The notes beneath the pieces are model-generated. The model searched no databases. It was not told the DNA's origin and was given only the letters and a program-made list of their open reading frames with translations. The position numbers were made by a program, and so were the translations under genes. A stretch of 57,084 nucleotides of DNA from Octopus sinensis (Eukaryota): NCBI RefSeq assembly GCF_006345805.1, contig NW_021833626.1:1-57084 (forward strand). Direction: 5' to 3'. Positions within the stretch are counted from its first letter, which is position 1; each line of letters opens with the position of its first letter. Positions 1 through 12,745 of this stretch are shown piece after piece.

Positions 1-83
1 TAAAATAAGTACCAGCTGAGCACTGATGTCGATATAATCGGCTTCACCCTCCCCTCAAAATTACTGGCTTTGTGTTGTTGTTG

Positions 84-115
<32 letters not shown>

Positions 116-2530
116 GAGAAAAGCGGCGAGCTGGCAGAAACGTTAGCACGCCGGGCGAAAAGCGTAGCGGTATTTCGTCTGCCGTTACGTTCTGAGTTCA
201 AATTCCACCGAGGTCGACCTTGCCTTTCATCCTTTCGGGGTCGATGAATTACGTACCAGTTACGCACTGGGATCGATATAATCGATTTAATCCCTTCGTC
301 TGTCCTTGTTTGTCCCCTCTCTGTGTTTAGCCCCTTGTGGGTAGTAAAGAAGTAGGTATTTCGCCCGTCGCTACGTTCTGAGTTCAAATTCCGCCGGGGT
401 TGACTTTGCCTTTCATCCCTTCGGGATCGATAAATTAAGTACCAGTTGCGTACTGGGGTCGATCTAATCGACTGGACCCCCTCTCCCACCAAATTTCAGG
501 CCTTGTGCCTAGAGTAGAAAGGATTATTATCATTCTTTTAAAGTGTGCGAGCTGGCAGAAACGTTAGCACGCCGGACATAATGCTTAGCGGCATTTCGCC
601 TGTCGCTATGTTCTGAGTTCAAATTCCACTGAGGTCGACTTTGTTTTTCATTCTTTCGGGGTCGATAAATTAAGTACCAGCAAAACACTGGCGTCGATGT
701 AATCGACTAGTCCCCACCCCACCCAATTTCAGGCATTGTGCCCATAGTAGAAATTATTATTATTATTATTGTTTAGCGGCATTTAGTCTGTCTTTACATT
801 TTGTGTTTAAATTCCTCTGAGATCGACTTTGACTTTCATTCTTTCGGGATCGATAAAATAAATACCAGGTGAGTACTGGGGTCGAAGTGACTAACTACAC
901 GCCCCCCCCCCTCACCAAGTTTCGGGGTTTGTACCAATAGTAAAAAGGATTATTATTATTGAATTACTGGAATCATCGGATGCTAGATTAACAGAGTCAT
1001 TTGAGCTTCGGAAAAATGCCTTGCATTATTCCTTCCGGCTCTTTATAATCTGAGTTCAAATCCGGCAGGGGTCATCTTTGTCGTTAGACCTTTCTGGGTC
1101 GATGAACACTGAGGACGATGTATTTGTTTACCTCCTCTCCAGAGATTGCTAGCATTGTGTCAAAAATTTGAAACCAAAGGCGATGAGCAGGCAGAGTCGT
1201 TAGCACGCCGGACAAAATGCTTAAAGGCATTTTGTCCGTCTTTGCTCTCTGAATTCAAATTCCGTTCAAGTCGACTTTGCTTTTCATCCCTTCGGGGTTG
1301 ATAAAATAAGTACCAGTTGAACATTGGGGTCAATGTAATCGACTCGTACCCTCCCCCAAAATGGTTGCCCTTACTCTTTTACTTGTTTCAGTCATTTGAC
1401 TGTGGCCATGCTGGAGCACCGCCTTTAGTCGATCGAGCAAATCGACCCCAGGACTTATTCATTGTAAGCCTAGTACTTATTCTATCGGTCTTTTTTGCCG
1501 AAGCGTTAAGTTACGGGGACGTAAACACACCAGCATCGGTTGTCAAGCAATGTTGGGGAAACAAACACAGACACACAAACACACACACACGCACACACAC
1601 ATACATATATACAACGGGCTTCTTTCAGTTTCCGTCTACCAAATCCACTCACAAGGCTTTGGTCGGCCCAAGGCTATAGTAGAAGACACTTGCCCAAGGT
1701 GCCACGCAGTGGGAGTGAACCCGGAACCATGTGGTTGGTAAGCAAGCTACTTACCACATAGCCACTCCTACGCCTTGTGGAAAAAATTGAAACCATTATT
1801 ATTATGATTATTATGATTATTAAGGTGATGAGCTGGCAGAAACTTTAGCACGCCGGGCGAAATGCTTAGCGGCATTTCGTCTGTCTTCATGTTCTGAGTT
1901 CAAATTCCGCTGGGGTCGACTTTGCCTTTCATCCTTTCGGGGTCGAATAAACAAGTACCAGTTACGCACTGGAATCGATATAATCGACTTAATCCCTTCC
2001 CCCAAATTTGAAGCCTTGTGCTTCCAGAAGAAAGGATTATTAAGGCGACAAGCTGGCAGAATCGTTAGCACGCCGGGCAAAATGCTTAGCAGTATTTCGT
2101 TCGTCCTTACATTCTGAGTTCAAATTCCGCCGAGGTTGACTTTTCTTTCCTTTCTTTCGGGGTCAATAAATTAAGTACCAGTGAAACACTGGGGTTGATG
2201 AAATTGACTAGTCCCCTACCCACAAATTTCAAGCTTTGAACCTTTAGCAGAAAAGATTATTATGATTAAGGCGACGAGCCTGCAGAATCGTTTGCACGCT
2301 GGGCGAAATGCTTAATCGAATTTCGCCAGTACCCGTTGAGTACTGGGGTCTATGTAATCGACTTACTACTTCCCCACAAATTTCAGGTCTTGTGCCTATA
2401 ATATAAAGGATTATTATTAAAGCAATGACCTGGAAGAATCGTAAGCACTCTGGACAAGTTGAGAACTGGGGTAATCAACTTGCTCCACCCCCACGAAATT
2501 ACTGGCCTAGTGCCAAAATTTGAAATCCTT
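1..2530 (+). mobile_element. Cluster of about 10 copies of tRNA-derived SINE family A (Meta/MESC-like core)
   Basis: Repeated unit ggcgagctggcagaaacgttagcacgccgggcgaaatgcttagcgg...gagttcaaattcc (B box)...ggtcgactttgcctttcatcctttcggggtcgataaattaagtaccag with (ATT)n tails; all on + strand. The core assignment is from memory. Confidence 0.85.
1373..1775 (-). mobile_element. tRNA-derived SINE family B with internal (TG/TA)n, nested in a family A copy
   Basis: Reverse complement reads ggagtggctatgtggtaagtagc...gggttcactccc (A/B boxes)...gactgaaacaagtaaaagag; matches copies at 5922, 11557 and 27803. Confidence 0.9.
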
Positions 2531-2544
2531 ATTCGATCGATCGA

Positions 2545-3279
2545 GGCACTCCGTCGGTTACGACGACGAGGTTTCCAGTTGATCCGATCAACGGAACAGA
2601 CTGCTCGTGAAATTAACGTGCAAGTGGCTGAGAAATCCACAGACACGTGTAACCTTAACGTAGTTCCCGAGGGAGATACAGCATGACACAGAGTGTGACA
2701 AGGCTTGCCCCTTTCAAATAGAGGTACAAGAAAAGCAGGAAGAAAGAGTGAAAGAAAGATGTGGTGAGAGAGTACAGCAGGGTTTGCCACCAACCCCTGC
2801 CGGAGCCTCGTGCAGCTTTAGGTGTTTTCGCTCAATAAACACTGACAACGCCCAGTCTGGGAATCGAAACCGCGATCCTACGACCGCGAGTCCGTTGCCT
2901 TAATCACTGGGTCATTGTGCCTCCGCAGTATAAGAATAGGTAATAATTCAACAAAGAACACACACATATATTTATAACAAAGAAATTACATATTGGACAA
3001 ATACGTTGTAATGCGTCGGTTACGAGGACGAGGGTTCCAGTTGATCCGCAGCCTGCTTGTGAAATTAACGGGTGAAGCTTCAGCGTGACGCAGAGTGTGA
3101 CAAGGCTGGCCCTTTGAAAAACAGGAGAAACAGGAAGAAAGAGTGAGAGAAAGTTGTGGTGAAAGAGTACAGCAGGGTTCACCACCACCCCCTGCCGGAG
3201 CCCCGTGGAACTTTAAGTTTTCGCTCAATAAACACTGACAACGCCCGGTCTTGGAATCGAAACCGCGATCCTACGACCG
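2545..3279 (-). mobile_element. Two OR-type tRNA-derived SINEs (2545-2924 near full length; 3015-3279 truncated)
   Basis: Head ggaggcacaatgacccagtg...ggtttcgattcccagac and tail ctcgtcgtcgtaaccgacggagtgcc, shared with other copies in the window. Confidence 0.85.
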
Positions 3280-3310
3280 TAAGCAAGCTACTTACCACAC
3301 AGCCACTCCT

Positions 3311-3813
3311 GCTACTGGGAAAGACTGAAAGTATTAAAACTCTTCTCCCTGGAGCGAAGGCGGGAGAGATATGCAGTGATATACATCTGGAAAATCCGGG
3401 GGGGTGGGTCTTGTCCCAAATTTTGGCATTGAAAGTTACCGCAACAGCAGAAGGGGGCGCCACTGCATGGTGCCAAAGATCCCAACATCACCATCAAAAT
3501 ACAGGACCAGATACTGCAACAGCTTGGGTTTCAGGGGACCACAGCTCTTCAATATCCTTCCTAAATGCCTGAGAGACCTGCATTGTGTGGATGTGAGTTT
3601 CTTTAAAACTAAACTGGATCTCTTCATGTCAGGGGTTCCAGATCAGCCTATATCTCGGCAGGAAACACAGATGCGGGCAGCGGCGTCAAACTCCTTTATT
3701 GACCAAGTGCCACGTATCAGAGGTAGTTTCACATACTAGTGTAGCTCTTTCAACGGTGGTACCCCAGCATGGCTGCAGCTTTCGGGCTGAAACATTTTAA
3801 AGGATTTTAAGGA
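3311..3813 (+). mobile_element. 3' end of a CR1/L2-group LINE (ORF2 C-terminus plus 3' UTR)
   Basis: Frameshifted translation YWERLKVLKLFSLERRRERYAVIYIWKI / GLVPNFGI...NSLGFRGPQLFNILPKCLRDL...FKTKLDLFMSGVPDQP...RAAASNS; ends in a (ttttaagga) repeat. Confidence 0.85.
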
Positions 3814-4689
3814 TATATATATATATCTGTGCTGGTGTGCTTAATGTCCCCGTGTCTTAGCGGTTCGGCAAAAGTGGCCAATAAAATAAGTACCAGGCTT
3901 TAAATATGGCCTAGTACTGGATTCGACTCATTCGACTAAAATTTGGAGGTGTTGCCCCAGCATGGCCGCCGTCTAATGACTGAAACAAGTAAAAGATGAA
4001 AGAGAACAGATAAAAAAGCCAAAGAAAAAAATCTTTATAAATAACGTTTTCGCTGCATGTATAAAGAAGAAGTAGAGAGCGAGTAGAGAGACAATGATAT
4101 ATAGATAGAGAGAGATAGAGAGATATATATATATAGAGAGAGAGATAAAGAGAGAGGGAGAATGGGAGAGGGAAAGAAGGAGGAGAAAAGAGAAATGAAC
4201 GTGTGAAAAGTGAATGTGTAGAAACGTTGATAGTCAAGGAAGAATGAGAGAGAAAGAGGGAGAGAGAAAAAGGGTTAAAAAAGAATGTGTTAGAGAGACA
4301 TGGCTCAAAAAAAAAAAGCCACAGAAAAAAAAAGAACAAAAACCAAAGATTCACCAAAAAGGAAAACAAACAAATATTGGAAACGAGAGATTTTATAATA
4401 TCTGCGATCCCTTTCAAAATAGACGGAATCGCTTGCTTTCTTTCCGGTGTGTCGCCAAACAGGCATTGAAAACGAATAATACACAGCATGAAATATCAGG
4501 CCACTTGCAAATAATAAATCGATAACTCGAGTAGAGAATAAGTTTAGAATGTTTTTATGCTTTGGCCTTTAATTTTCCGACATCTCATGTCTCTATTATT
4601 ATTATACTTTCTCCTCTCTCACGCTCTCTGCTTCTTCTGTTCTATCTTTTTTATCATTGAACCTCTTCTGATATCGTATTGTAAGCCAG

Positions 4690-5340
4690 AGCGTCGGTTG
4701 GGGCGAAATGCTATGCGGTATTTGTCGTTGCTCTTTATGCTATGCGTTCGAATCCTACTGAGGTCAGCTTTTCTTTCTACCTCTCCGGAATCGATAAAAT
4801 AAAGTGACGGTCAAATACTCAGTATTTGTTGTTACTCGTTTTTTTTTATTACGTTCTGAGTTCGAATCCAGCCGATGTAAATTTTGATTTTCATTCCCTC
4901 CGGGGTCGATAAAATAAAGGACCAGTCAAGTACGCGCTATTTATTGTTTGCCCTTTACGTTCTGGGTTCCAGTCCCGCTGAGATCAACTTTTCTCTTCAA
5001 CATTCCGAGGTCGATAAAATGAGCTTTTCATCGAGTCCCGGGGGTCGATGGTTTCGACTAATGCTCAACCTTAAAAAAATTACTGTCCTTATACTGGAAG
5101 TTGAAACCGTTCTCTTTTCATGAACATATAAGGCGGAAAGATGGCAGAATCGTTAACGCGCCGGGCAAAAGGCTTAGTGGTATTTCGTTCGTATTTACAC
5201 TCTGAGTTCAATTTCCACTGAGGTTGATTTTGCGTTTCATCCCGGTCAGGGTCAATAAAATAAATACCAGTCAAGAACTGGGTTCGATGTAATCGTCTTA
5301 TCCCCTTTCGCAAAATTGCAGGTCTTGTGCCTATAACAAT
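4690..5340 (+). mobile_element. Decayed SINE family A cluster
   Basis: Several degenerate gagttc(a/g)aat...gtcga...gataaaat units. Confidence 0.75.
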
Positions 5341-5654
5341 AGGGATAAATTCATGAAAATCTAGGATGTTTTGTTAGTTGGGTATTAAATTGGACACCAT
5401 TTTATCGATTACAGAGGTTGAGAGAGAGGGGGAGGAAGAGAGAGGGAGGAAGAGAGAGGAGGAGGAAGAGAGAGAGAGAGAGGGAGGGTATGATCTTGAC
5501 GAGATTTGAACTCAGAACCTAGAGGTGCAGGCGTGCTTTCATAGTCAAGAAGCTTGCTTCCCAACCATGTGGCCTCGGGTTCAGTCCCACAGCGCAGCAT
5601 CTTGGAGAGATGTCTTCTTCTATAGCACCAGACCGATCAAAGCCTTGTGAGTGG

Positions 5655-6080
5655 GTAAAATTTTCCAGGCGTTACAGGCCTTGTTTTTAACCTGAATAGC
5701 TTCAGGGCAACTAAGAGCGAACCAGTAAGATGACGTGGAACATTGGGTTTTGTTATGTCAGGAATGTGAATAGACATGGCTAAAAGATTGGTTTCAGTCA
5801 TCCGTCTGTTTCAGAAGAGACAGGAGTAAAGCACGTTTGCTACCAGGGATAAGTGGCATAAAGCTGACAGAGCTCCAACTTGTCACCTGACTTTAAGTGT
5901 CAGCGTCCGAAAGGATGTTGTCGCAGGAGTGGCTGTGTGGTAAGTGGCTTGCTTACCAACCATATGGTTCCGGGTTCAGTCCCATTGCGTGGCATTTTTG
6001 GGAAGTGTCTTCTACTATAGCCTCGGGTCGACCAAAGCCTTGCGAGTGGATTTGGTAGACGAAAACTGAAAGAAGCTCGT

Positions 6081-6121
<41 letters not shown>

Positions 6122-6124
6122 GTG

Positions 6125-6155
<31 letters not shown>

Positions 6156-6850
6156 CGTGTGTGTATGTCTGTGTGTTTGTGTGTGTATGCTTGTGTGTCT
6201 GTGCTTGTTCCCCCACCATCGCTTGACAACCGACGCTGGTGTGTGTAAATCCCCGTAACTTAGGGGTTCGGCAAAAGAGACCGATAGAATAAGTACTAGG
6301 TTTATAAAGAATAAGTCCTGAGGTAGATTTCTTCGACTAAAGGCTGCAGTGTGGTCGCAGTCAAAAGACTGAAACAGGTAAAAGAATAGTTATGTTCAGC
6401 TGTTGTGACGAGGCAATGGTCAGATGATCCATTTGATGCAGAGACAGTTATGGTTTGGTATATGTTGGGTTTAGAGGTGAGAAAGTGATCAAAGGTGTTT
6501 GGGGTGTCTGTGTGACGATTTGGAATGCGAGCAGAGGATGAAACAAGTTGGTGCAAAGAGTTGAGAGTGACAAAGGATTCGATATATGCACGGGAAACAT
6601 CGGGGTGGGATAAGTGTGGGAGCCATGAGTAGTGGGACTGAGTAAGGCACCGAGGACGATGACATCGGAGAGAGGGGAGGTGGAATAAATGTTCTCAATG
6701 CTGGAGGATACATAGTCAAACACGGGAAATTAAGAGGGTCACAGAGGGAGCAGAAGTATATGAGAGGGATGAGGGAAGAAAAGAGATTTTGAGCAAGAAA
6801 AGCTGGAAGTCATCGTTGTCGTTGAAATGTAGGTGAAATACAGGCAGAGT
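5655..6850 (-). mobile_element. Decayed CR1/Jockey-group LINE ORF2 fragment (AP endonuclease end and linker), interrupted by a SINE at 5922-6389
   Basis: FDYVSSSIENIYSTSPLSDVIVLG, DTPNTFDHFLTSKPNIYQTITVSASNGSSDHCLVT (SDH motif of APE domain), and SSYWFALSCPEAIQVKNKACNAWK. Confidence 0.7.
5922..6389 (+). mobile_element. SINE family B, full length
   Basis: gcaggagtggctgtgtggtaag head, central microsatellite, gactgaaacaggtaaaaga tail. Confidence 0.9.
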
Positions 6851-6959
6851 GGAGTCTACCTATGCACCATCGGGAAGGGTAAGAGACAGGCTGAGTGGAG
6901 TCTACCTATGCACCATCAGAAAGACATATTTGTAGCTTAAAAGTAATTTGGTTTGATTT

Positions 6960-7900
6960 TCTGTTGTAATTTACCCACCAGGTGTCTCTTTCTTAAAAAT
7001 CCAGAAGTACTCGGCAAGTATATCAATGAAAACTGTTACTATAGTCTTCACTGCCGACACTTAGTTTCTAAAAAAAAAAGACAAAAAGTGTCCAAAAATG
7101 AACCTTTACATACTGCCCCCTCCCCTCATTGGGAAGAATCCCGAAGGTCATCTTCTATCTTAGAATATTTCTCAGCCAAGTGATTTCTCCAAATGTTTGC
7201 ACAGGCACCTTTGAAACTTTGCCACGCGTCTTTGACGATTACATTCAACTGCTTTCCAAATTTCTCCTCCCTTAACAGTCTATTAAGAATAATTTGAAGG
7301 ATCACAAACTCTTTTCTATATAATTGCAACTCTAATATCTCCCCACTCACCGGCACATGTGTTAGCAGTGTTTTGATTTATCGAGTTTTGTTTATCCGAA
7401 TAACAGAGCTTACTGAAAATTCATTTAAAAAAGATTTTCACAGCATGATTTCATTCAGACACACAGAGAAAGCCGTTTCACCACCTCACTGTCGAAATAT
7501 ATTTGGAATTAAAAGGATAACAACATCAACGATATATACAATTGATTGGTTTATTGTAGAACACGCCCACCCTTACATAGGAGATTCAAGAACGTGTTGA
7601 TATTTATCTCTCGAAGAAGTGTAATATCCTATTTGCAGCGCTTTGCAATTTTCAACAAAATATCGTTAATAGATGAATTTTTGCAGACATTTCAAACGAG
7701 ATATATTGAGAAATTGCCGCAAGCCAACTGGCTAAAGTAATTCATTTCTTACATAACAGAAATGCCAAACCTGAAAGATGACCATAAAGCGAAAACAAAA
7801 TAAATAACCTTTCGTTATTCACCAACACTAAAACAGGATTAACAATAGCAATATTTCCTGCTTTTGTAGATTTTACTCATGGTACTGAAGACGTGATAAT
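6960..7900 (-). mobile_element. Decayed CMC-Chapaev3-type transposase
   Basis: KDAWQSFKGACANIWRNHLAEKYSKIEDDL, then frameshifted KVHFLD, FF-E-LSVGSEDYSNSFH*DI and ILAEYFWIFKKETP, paralleling the recalled family motifs AWESFK..NFLGN, LKIHFLHSH, GAVSDEHGERFHQDI, MLADYCW. The region above 7400 is weaker. Confidence 0.7.
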
Positions 7901-8542
7901 AGCACGTATTTTTGTATGGAAACAGATGAATGCATCTCGATTTCTCTGTATAATAATTGAAATATCTTAGTTGGTGATTTTTGTTTTCTCAACGAATCAA
8001 AACTTTATGGCATATCATTATTTGATGCTTTTATACAGCGTCACGTGACTTCACTTCTTTCACAGAGTGAACAATCGGCAGCGTAGAACACCTTGAATAG
8101 TTTCTTTAAGTTTCGAATTGTCAATGACGCAAACCATTCAAGAACAGATGTAGTGTGATGTTATATAACCGCACCAAAAAATGATTAGTCATCGAGATTT
8201 GATTCGCTGACAAAATGTCACACATTTCACCAATTGCAAATAGATATATAGATCTATACTAATCCAAATAAATAACTGTATAAAAGAAATACATGGAGAT
8301 TTATCTAAATTTTGAAACATGCAAATAAACACTTAACCGGTTTCAGTTGAGCTGTGTCGGAAACACTCTAAGTGCGTGCGTGCGTGTGTGTGTATGTGTG
8401 TGTGTGTGTGTGTGAATGTGTGTGTGTGTCTGTGTGTATATATGTGTGTGTTAGACTGTTTTTAATAACAAGACTAAACTGAAAGCCTTAAAGAAATCAA
8501 TATCTTGAAGGCAGGTTGTGTGTATATATATATATATATATA

Positions 8543-8908
8543 TATACAACCACTCTATCGCTCCACCACTGCTCATGTCTTTTTGAGACATTTAGAAATT
8601 CAATATTTCTAATTACGGTGACCAGTGAATAAATTTCACTGTAAATAGATATATTTTGCGAAGGCTTGGCAAGTATCACCGCCAGCGAAGACACGCTACC
8701 CTGGACTGATGACGAGCAAGACCCAGAAACATGCATGTCTCCAGGTTGCTAGTTCAAGCTGGTGGAGGTGCTTGCCTCCCCTTCGCAAATATAAGGATAC
8801 AGAAAAAGTGTCAAAGCCGACAGGAAGCGTCGATGCTTCCTAGGGCTAAACAGCGGTGGTGTAATTCCCTCTACGGGACTGTCACGTTATGTTGTCTTTA
8901 TACAACCA

Positions 8909-8912
<4 letters not shown>
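8543..8912 (+). mobile_element. Retrozyme-like non-coding element, 356-bp monomer with 14-bp terminal redundancy, between (TA)n and (CT)n(TA)n
   Basis: tatacaaccactct at 8543-8556 and 8899-8912; internal hammerhead at 8700-8745; no ORF. Confidence 0.7.
8700..8745 (+). ncRNA. Type I hammerhead ribozyme motif, predicted cleavage after GUC at 8739
   Basis: CCTGGA-CTGATGA-cgagcaagaccca-GAAAC-atgcat-GTC-TCCAGG: perfect 6-bp stem I, intact core, palindromic stem III ACATGCATGT, imperfect stem II. Confidence 0.75.
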
Positions 8913-8966
<54 letters not shown>

Positions 8967-9259
8967 GCACTTTTGACATGTTATGTGTGTGTATGTATGT
9001 ATATACGTATATGTGTGTGTATGTATGTATATATGTATATATGTGTGTATGTATGTATATATGTATATGTGTGTGTATGTGTATGTGTGTATTATTTTTG
9101 TGCTTGTGTGTATGTCTATCTTTTTTTTTTTGCTTTAAACGAATTGTAGAGGAACGTTAGAATTTTTACTGCTTGGGTTTCGATACTGAAGAAGTCAAGT
9201 TTCATAAAATTCATTTGCCCCGCTGCCTTAAAGTTATATATATTATATTATATTATATT

Positions 9260-9330
<71 letters not shown>

Positions 9331-9573
9331 TATATAATATATATGTGTTTGTATCTGTTTGTGTGTGTGAGTTTTTTTCGTGTGTCATATATGTATGTAT
9401 GTGTGTATTGTATAGATAAGATTTTTAACTTTATATATTCTTAGTTATCTTCCAGAAAACTAGTATTAATATTCAGATTTTAAGTGAAGGACATAATTAA
9501 TTAAATTACCTTTCGCGTTCTGACATATAAAATAATTATATAATTAATTACATGATATATAAAACTCTCTCTC

Positions 9574-9655
<82 letters not shown>

Positions 9656-10115
9656 TTATATATATATGAAATTAAATTTGTTAAAACATCTATTTTGTGT
9701 AAGAACGGCAAATTAACACCGATTTAGCAGATTTGCTCTGTTAATTAGATCTACTTTTCATCTTTAAAGAGAAACAACAATTATTTTTACATAATTCATT
9801 TACCTGTCGTTTTACGATGTGTTTAAAATAATTTTAGTTTCTCTTTAAAGGTGAGAGGTATTCACAATTACGAAAGCATTTCTCAATCTGTATCCATTTA
9901 TAGTTCCTAATGAAAGTATATGTTAAACTATATAGCATTAAACTGATAGATTACTCAAATTTTAGTAGTGTACATATGTAACCTTTTCTGGGCAAGGGTT
10001 GACAGTGAATTCGAACTTTTAGTTTGCTTGCCATTATCAGACTATGATTTTCTTAGGTTGTTTTTTGGCATTATATAATCATTGGCAAGTTAATTTTGGG
10101 ATAGGTAGGGCGATA

Positions 10116-10531
10116 CTCTTTTACTTGTTTCAGTCATTTGACTGCGGCCATGCTGGAGCACCGCCTTTAGTCGAGCAAATCTACCTCCCCACCCACCAGG
10201 ACTTATTCTTTGTAAGCCTAATACTTATTCTATCGGTCTCTTTTTGCAGAACCGCTAAGTTACGGGGACGTAAACAAACCAGCATCGGTTGTCAAACGAT
10301 GTTGGGTGGGGGAGGCAAACACAGACACACAAACATATTCACACTCACATACATATATATACATATATACGACGAACTTCTTTCAGTTTCCGTCTACCAA
10401 ATCTACTCACAAGGCTTTGGTCGGCCCGAGGCTATAGTAGAAGACACTTGCCCAAGGTGCCATGCAGTGGGATTGAACCCGGAACCATGTCGTTGGTAAG
10501 AAAGCTACTTACCACACATCCACTCCGACGC
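10116..10531 (-). mobile_element. SINE family B
   Basis: Same head, core and tail as other copies. Confidence 0.9.
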
Positions 10532-10539
10532 GATGTGAA

Positions 10540-10960
10540 TAATAGTTTGGTGTCATATAGGAATTTGGCATAGAGGAGGTTACCAGGAGAGTATGTGTTT
10601 GTAGGGTAGGGACTGATAAAAAGCCATGATGAGAAGGTTTATTTTGGTTTGAAGTCAATTTTTTTTTATCGTTTTAGGGTTCAGTTTGGCATAAAAGTAA
10701 AGATATAACGAGATGTGTCGAATTCAGGTCGCGACATTCTTCGTATAGAAAGTCGGTCTTTGTTATGCTTGGAAAGTGAAGTGTCGATTGCGGCTGTTGG
10801 TTGTATAGTGTTTTGAATTGGTTTGTTGATTACTCTATGTATGTGGATGTTGTTGTTATTGTCTTGATCGTGGTTACAGTTGGCTATAAGTGATTTTTCT
10901 TCTGAGGCATTTCCCGTTTAGACGGCTGGATGAAGGGATATCACAATTGCAACCAGTCGC
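10540..10960 (-). mobile_element. Decayed Penelope-like GIY-YIG endonuclease fragment
   Basis: Frameshifted CNCDIPSSSRLNGKCLRRKITY...VTT...TYI...FKTLYNQ, resembling the PLE motif CNC...CPLNGKCL...IY...YIG...FK.RY.NH. Confidence 0.6.
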
Positions 10961-11556
10961 ATAAGTTTTGGTTCTCATATTTGAGTTTTTGGCGGTTATA
11001 AAGAAAAGGAAATTCCCACATCAAACGAAAATAGATCTCCTCACTATAACTCTCCACCAACCCACACACTACGATCACATACTTTCCTCCGATATTCCTC
11101 AATACTTCCTTGGTACACAACTACTTCGCCAGTCTACTCAAACCTCATCTATTTATCATTCACATAACTCCATCTATCCTGTCTCTAAAAAAAAAAAATA
11201 AAAACACTTGTCAAAAGTATATGAAGCCATAAAGAACTCGCATAAAGCACAGTCTGGTGAAGGTGTACAAGCCGAAACTTCGAAGTCACTATCAATCTTT
11301 TCCGTATATATTAGTTATAAAGTTATATATATATATATGTACATGTGTGTGTGCGTGCGTGCGTGTATGTGTGCTTGCATGTGTGTTTGTGTGTATGTGT
11401 GAGAGAGAGAAAGAAAGAGATCATTGGAGTTAGTCATGAAGCTATTAATATTATGTATGTGCGTGCGTTCGCGCGCGTGCATGTGAGTGTATTAATATAT
11501 ATATGTATATGTACACACACATATATATATATATATACATACATATATACATACAT

Positions 11557-12185
11557 AGGAGTGGCTGTGTGATAAGTAGCTTGCTTACCAACCACATGGT
11601 TCCGGGTTCAGTCCCACTGCGTGGCACCTTGGGCAAGTGTTTTCCACTAAAGCCTCAAGCCGACCAAAGCCTTGTGAGTGAATTTGGTAGACGGAAACTG
11701 AAAGAAGCCCGTCGTATATATGTATGTATGTTTGTGTTTGCCCCCCCCCAACATCGCTTGACAACCGATGCTGGTGTGTTTACGTCCCCGTAACCCTAGC
11801 GGTTCGGCAAAAGAGACCGATAGAATAAGTACTAGGCTTACAAAGAATAAGTCCTAGGGTCGATTTCCTCGACTAAAGGCGGTGCTCCGGCATGGCCACA
11901 GTCAAGGGATCGCGGTCGAGGGATCGCGGGTTCGAATCTCAGACCGGGCGATATGTGTGTTTATGAGCGAAACACCTAAGCTCCACGCATCTCCGGCAGA
12001 GGGTAATGGCGAACTTCTGACTCTTTCGCCACAACTTTCTCTCACTCTTTCCTCCTGCATCTTGCAGCTCACCTGCGACGGACCGGTGTCCCGTCCAGGT
12101 GGGGAACCTATATGCCAAGGAAACCGGGAAACCGGGAAACCGGCCCTTATGAGCCAGGCGTGGCTCGAGAAGGAACAAACAAAAA
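11557..12185 (+). mobile_element. SINE family B (11557-11903) fused to an OR-type SINE (11906-12185)
   Basis: Family B tail ends at cagtcaa and runs into gatcgcggtcgagggatcgcgggttcgaatctc (B box). Confidence 0.85.
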
Positions 12186-12557
12186 CAACATACTGTTATG
12201 TCATACATAACAGAAATGTTCAAAATCTAGCGATACCTGTATTTGAAACTTTTTAAGGTGCGATAAGGTCCTGCACAGAGCCAATCCTTCTTCTCTAAAC
12301 ATTGCATGACCCCACCTCCACCATCTACGTCAATGGATGTAAACGAACTCTCAGGAGTTACATCAGAGTTTTCTTACTTCTAAAGATTTCCAAACAAAGA
12401 CTAACAGGTCTCTCACTCCGAGCTGTTGGATGGCCATAGACTCTAATATGTTCGTCCGTTCATTGACAGGTTTTGTTCTTCGATCTGCAGAATGTTCAAC
12501 AAAAACCACCTTCCTTATCATGCACGCTTGATAGGATTGCCGCTACATATGAACATA

Positions 12558-12570
12558 GGTGTGTGTGTGT

Positions 12571-12625
<55 letters not shown>

Positions 12626-12626
12626 T

Positions 12627-12677
<51 letters not shown>

Positions 12678-12705
12678 TGTGTGTGTGTGTGTGTGTGAGT
12701 GTGTG

Positions 12706-12745
<40 letters not shown>
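12558..12745. repeat. (TG)n(AG)n microsatellite
   Basis: Direct reading. Confidence 0.95.

Noticed and set aside
6841-6920. 45-bp-period direct duplication gagtggagtctacctatgcaccatc
   Set aside because: Local duplication at the edge of a decayed LINE, with no further structure.
7885-7915. CTGAAGA followed by a cgtg/cacg hairpin
   Set aside because: No GAAA after the stem and no stem I; lies in the Chapaev3-like region.
9755-9945. Inverted repeat of about 35 bp and a CTAATGA motif near (TA)n
   Set aside because: Core is broken and GAAAC is absent, so a ribozyme cannot be supported; it may be a decayed member of the same class.
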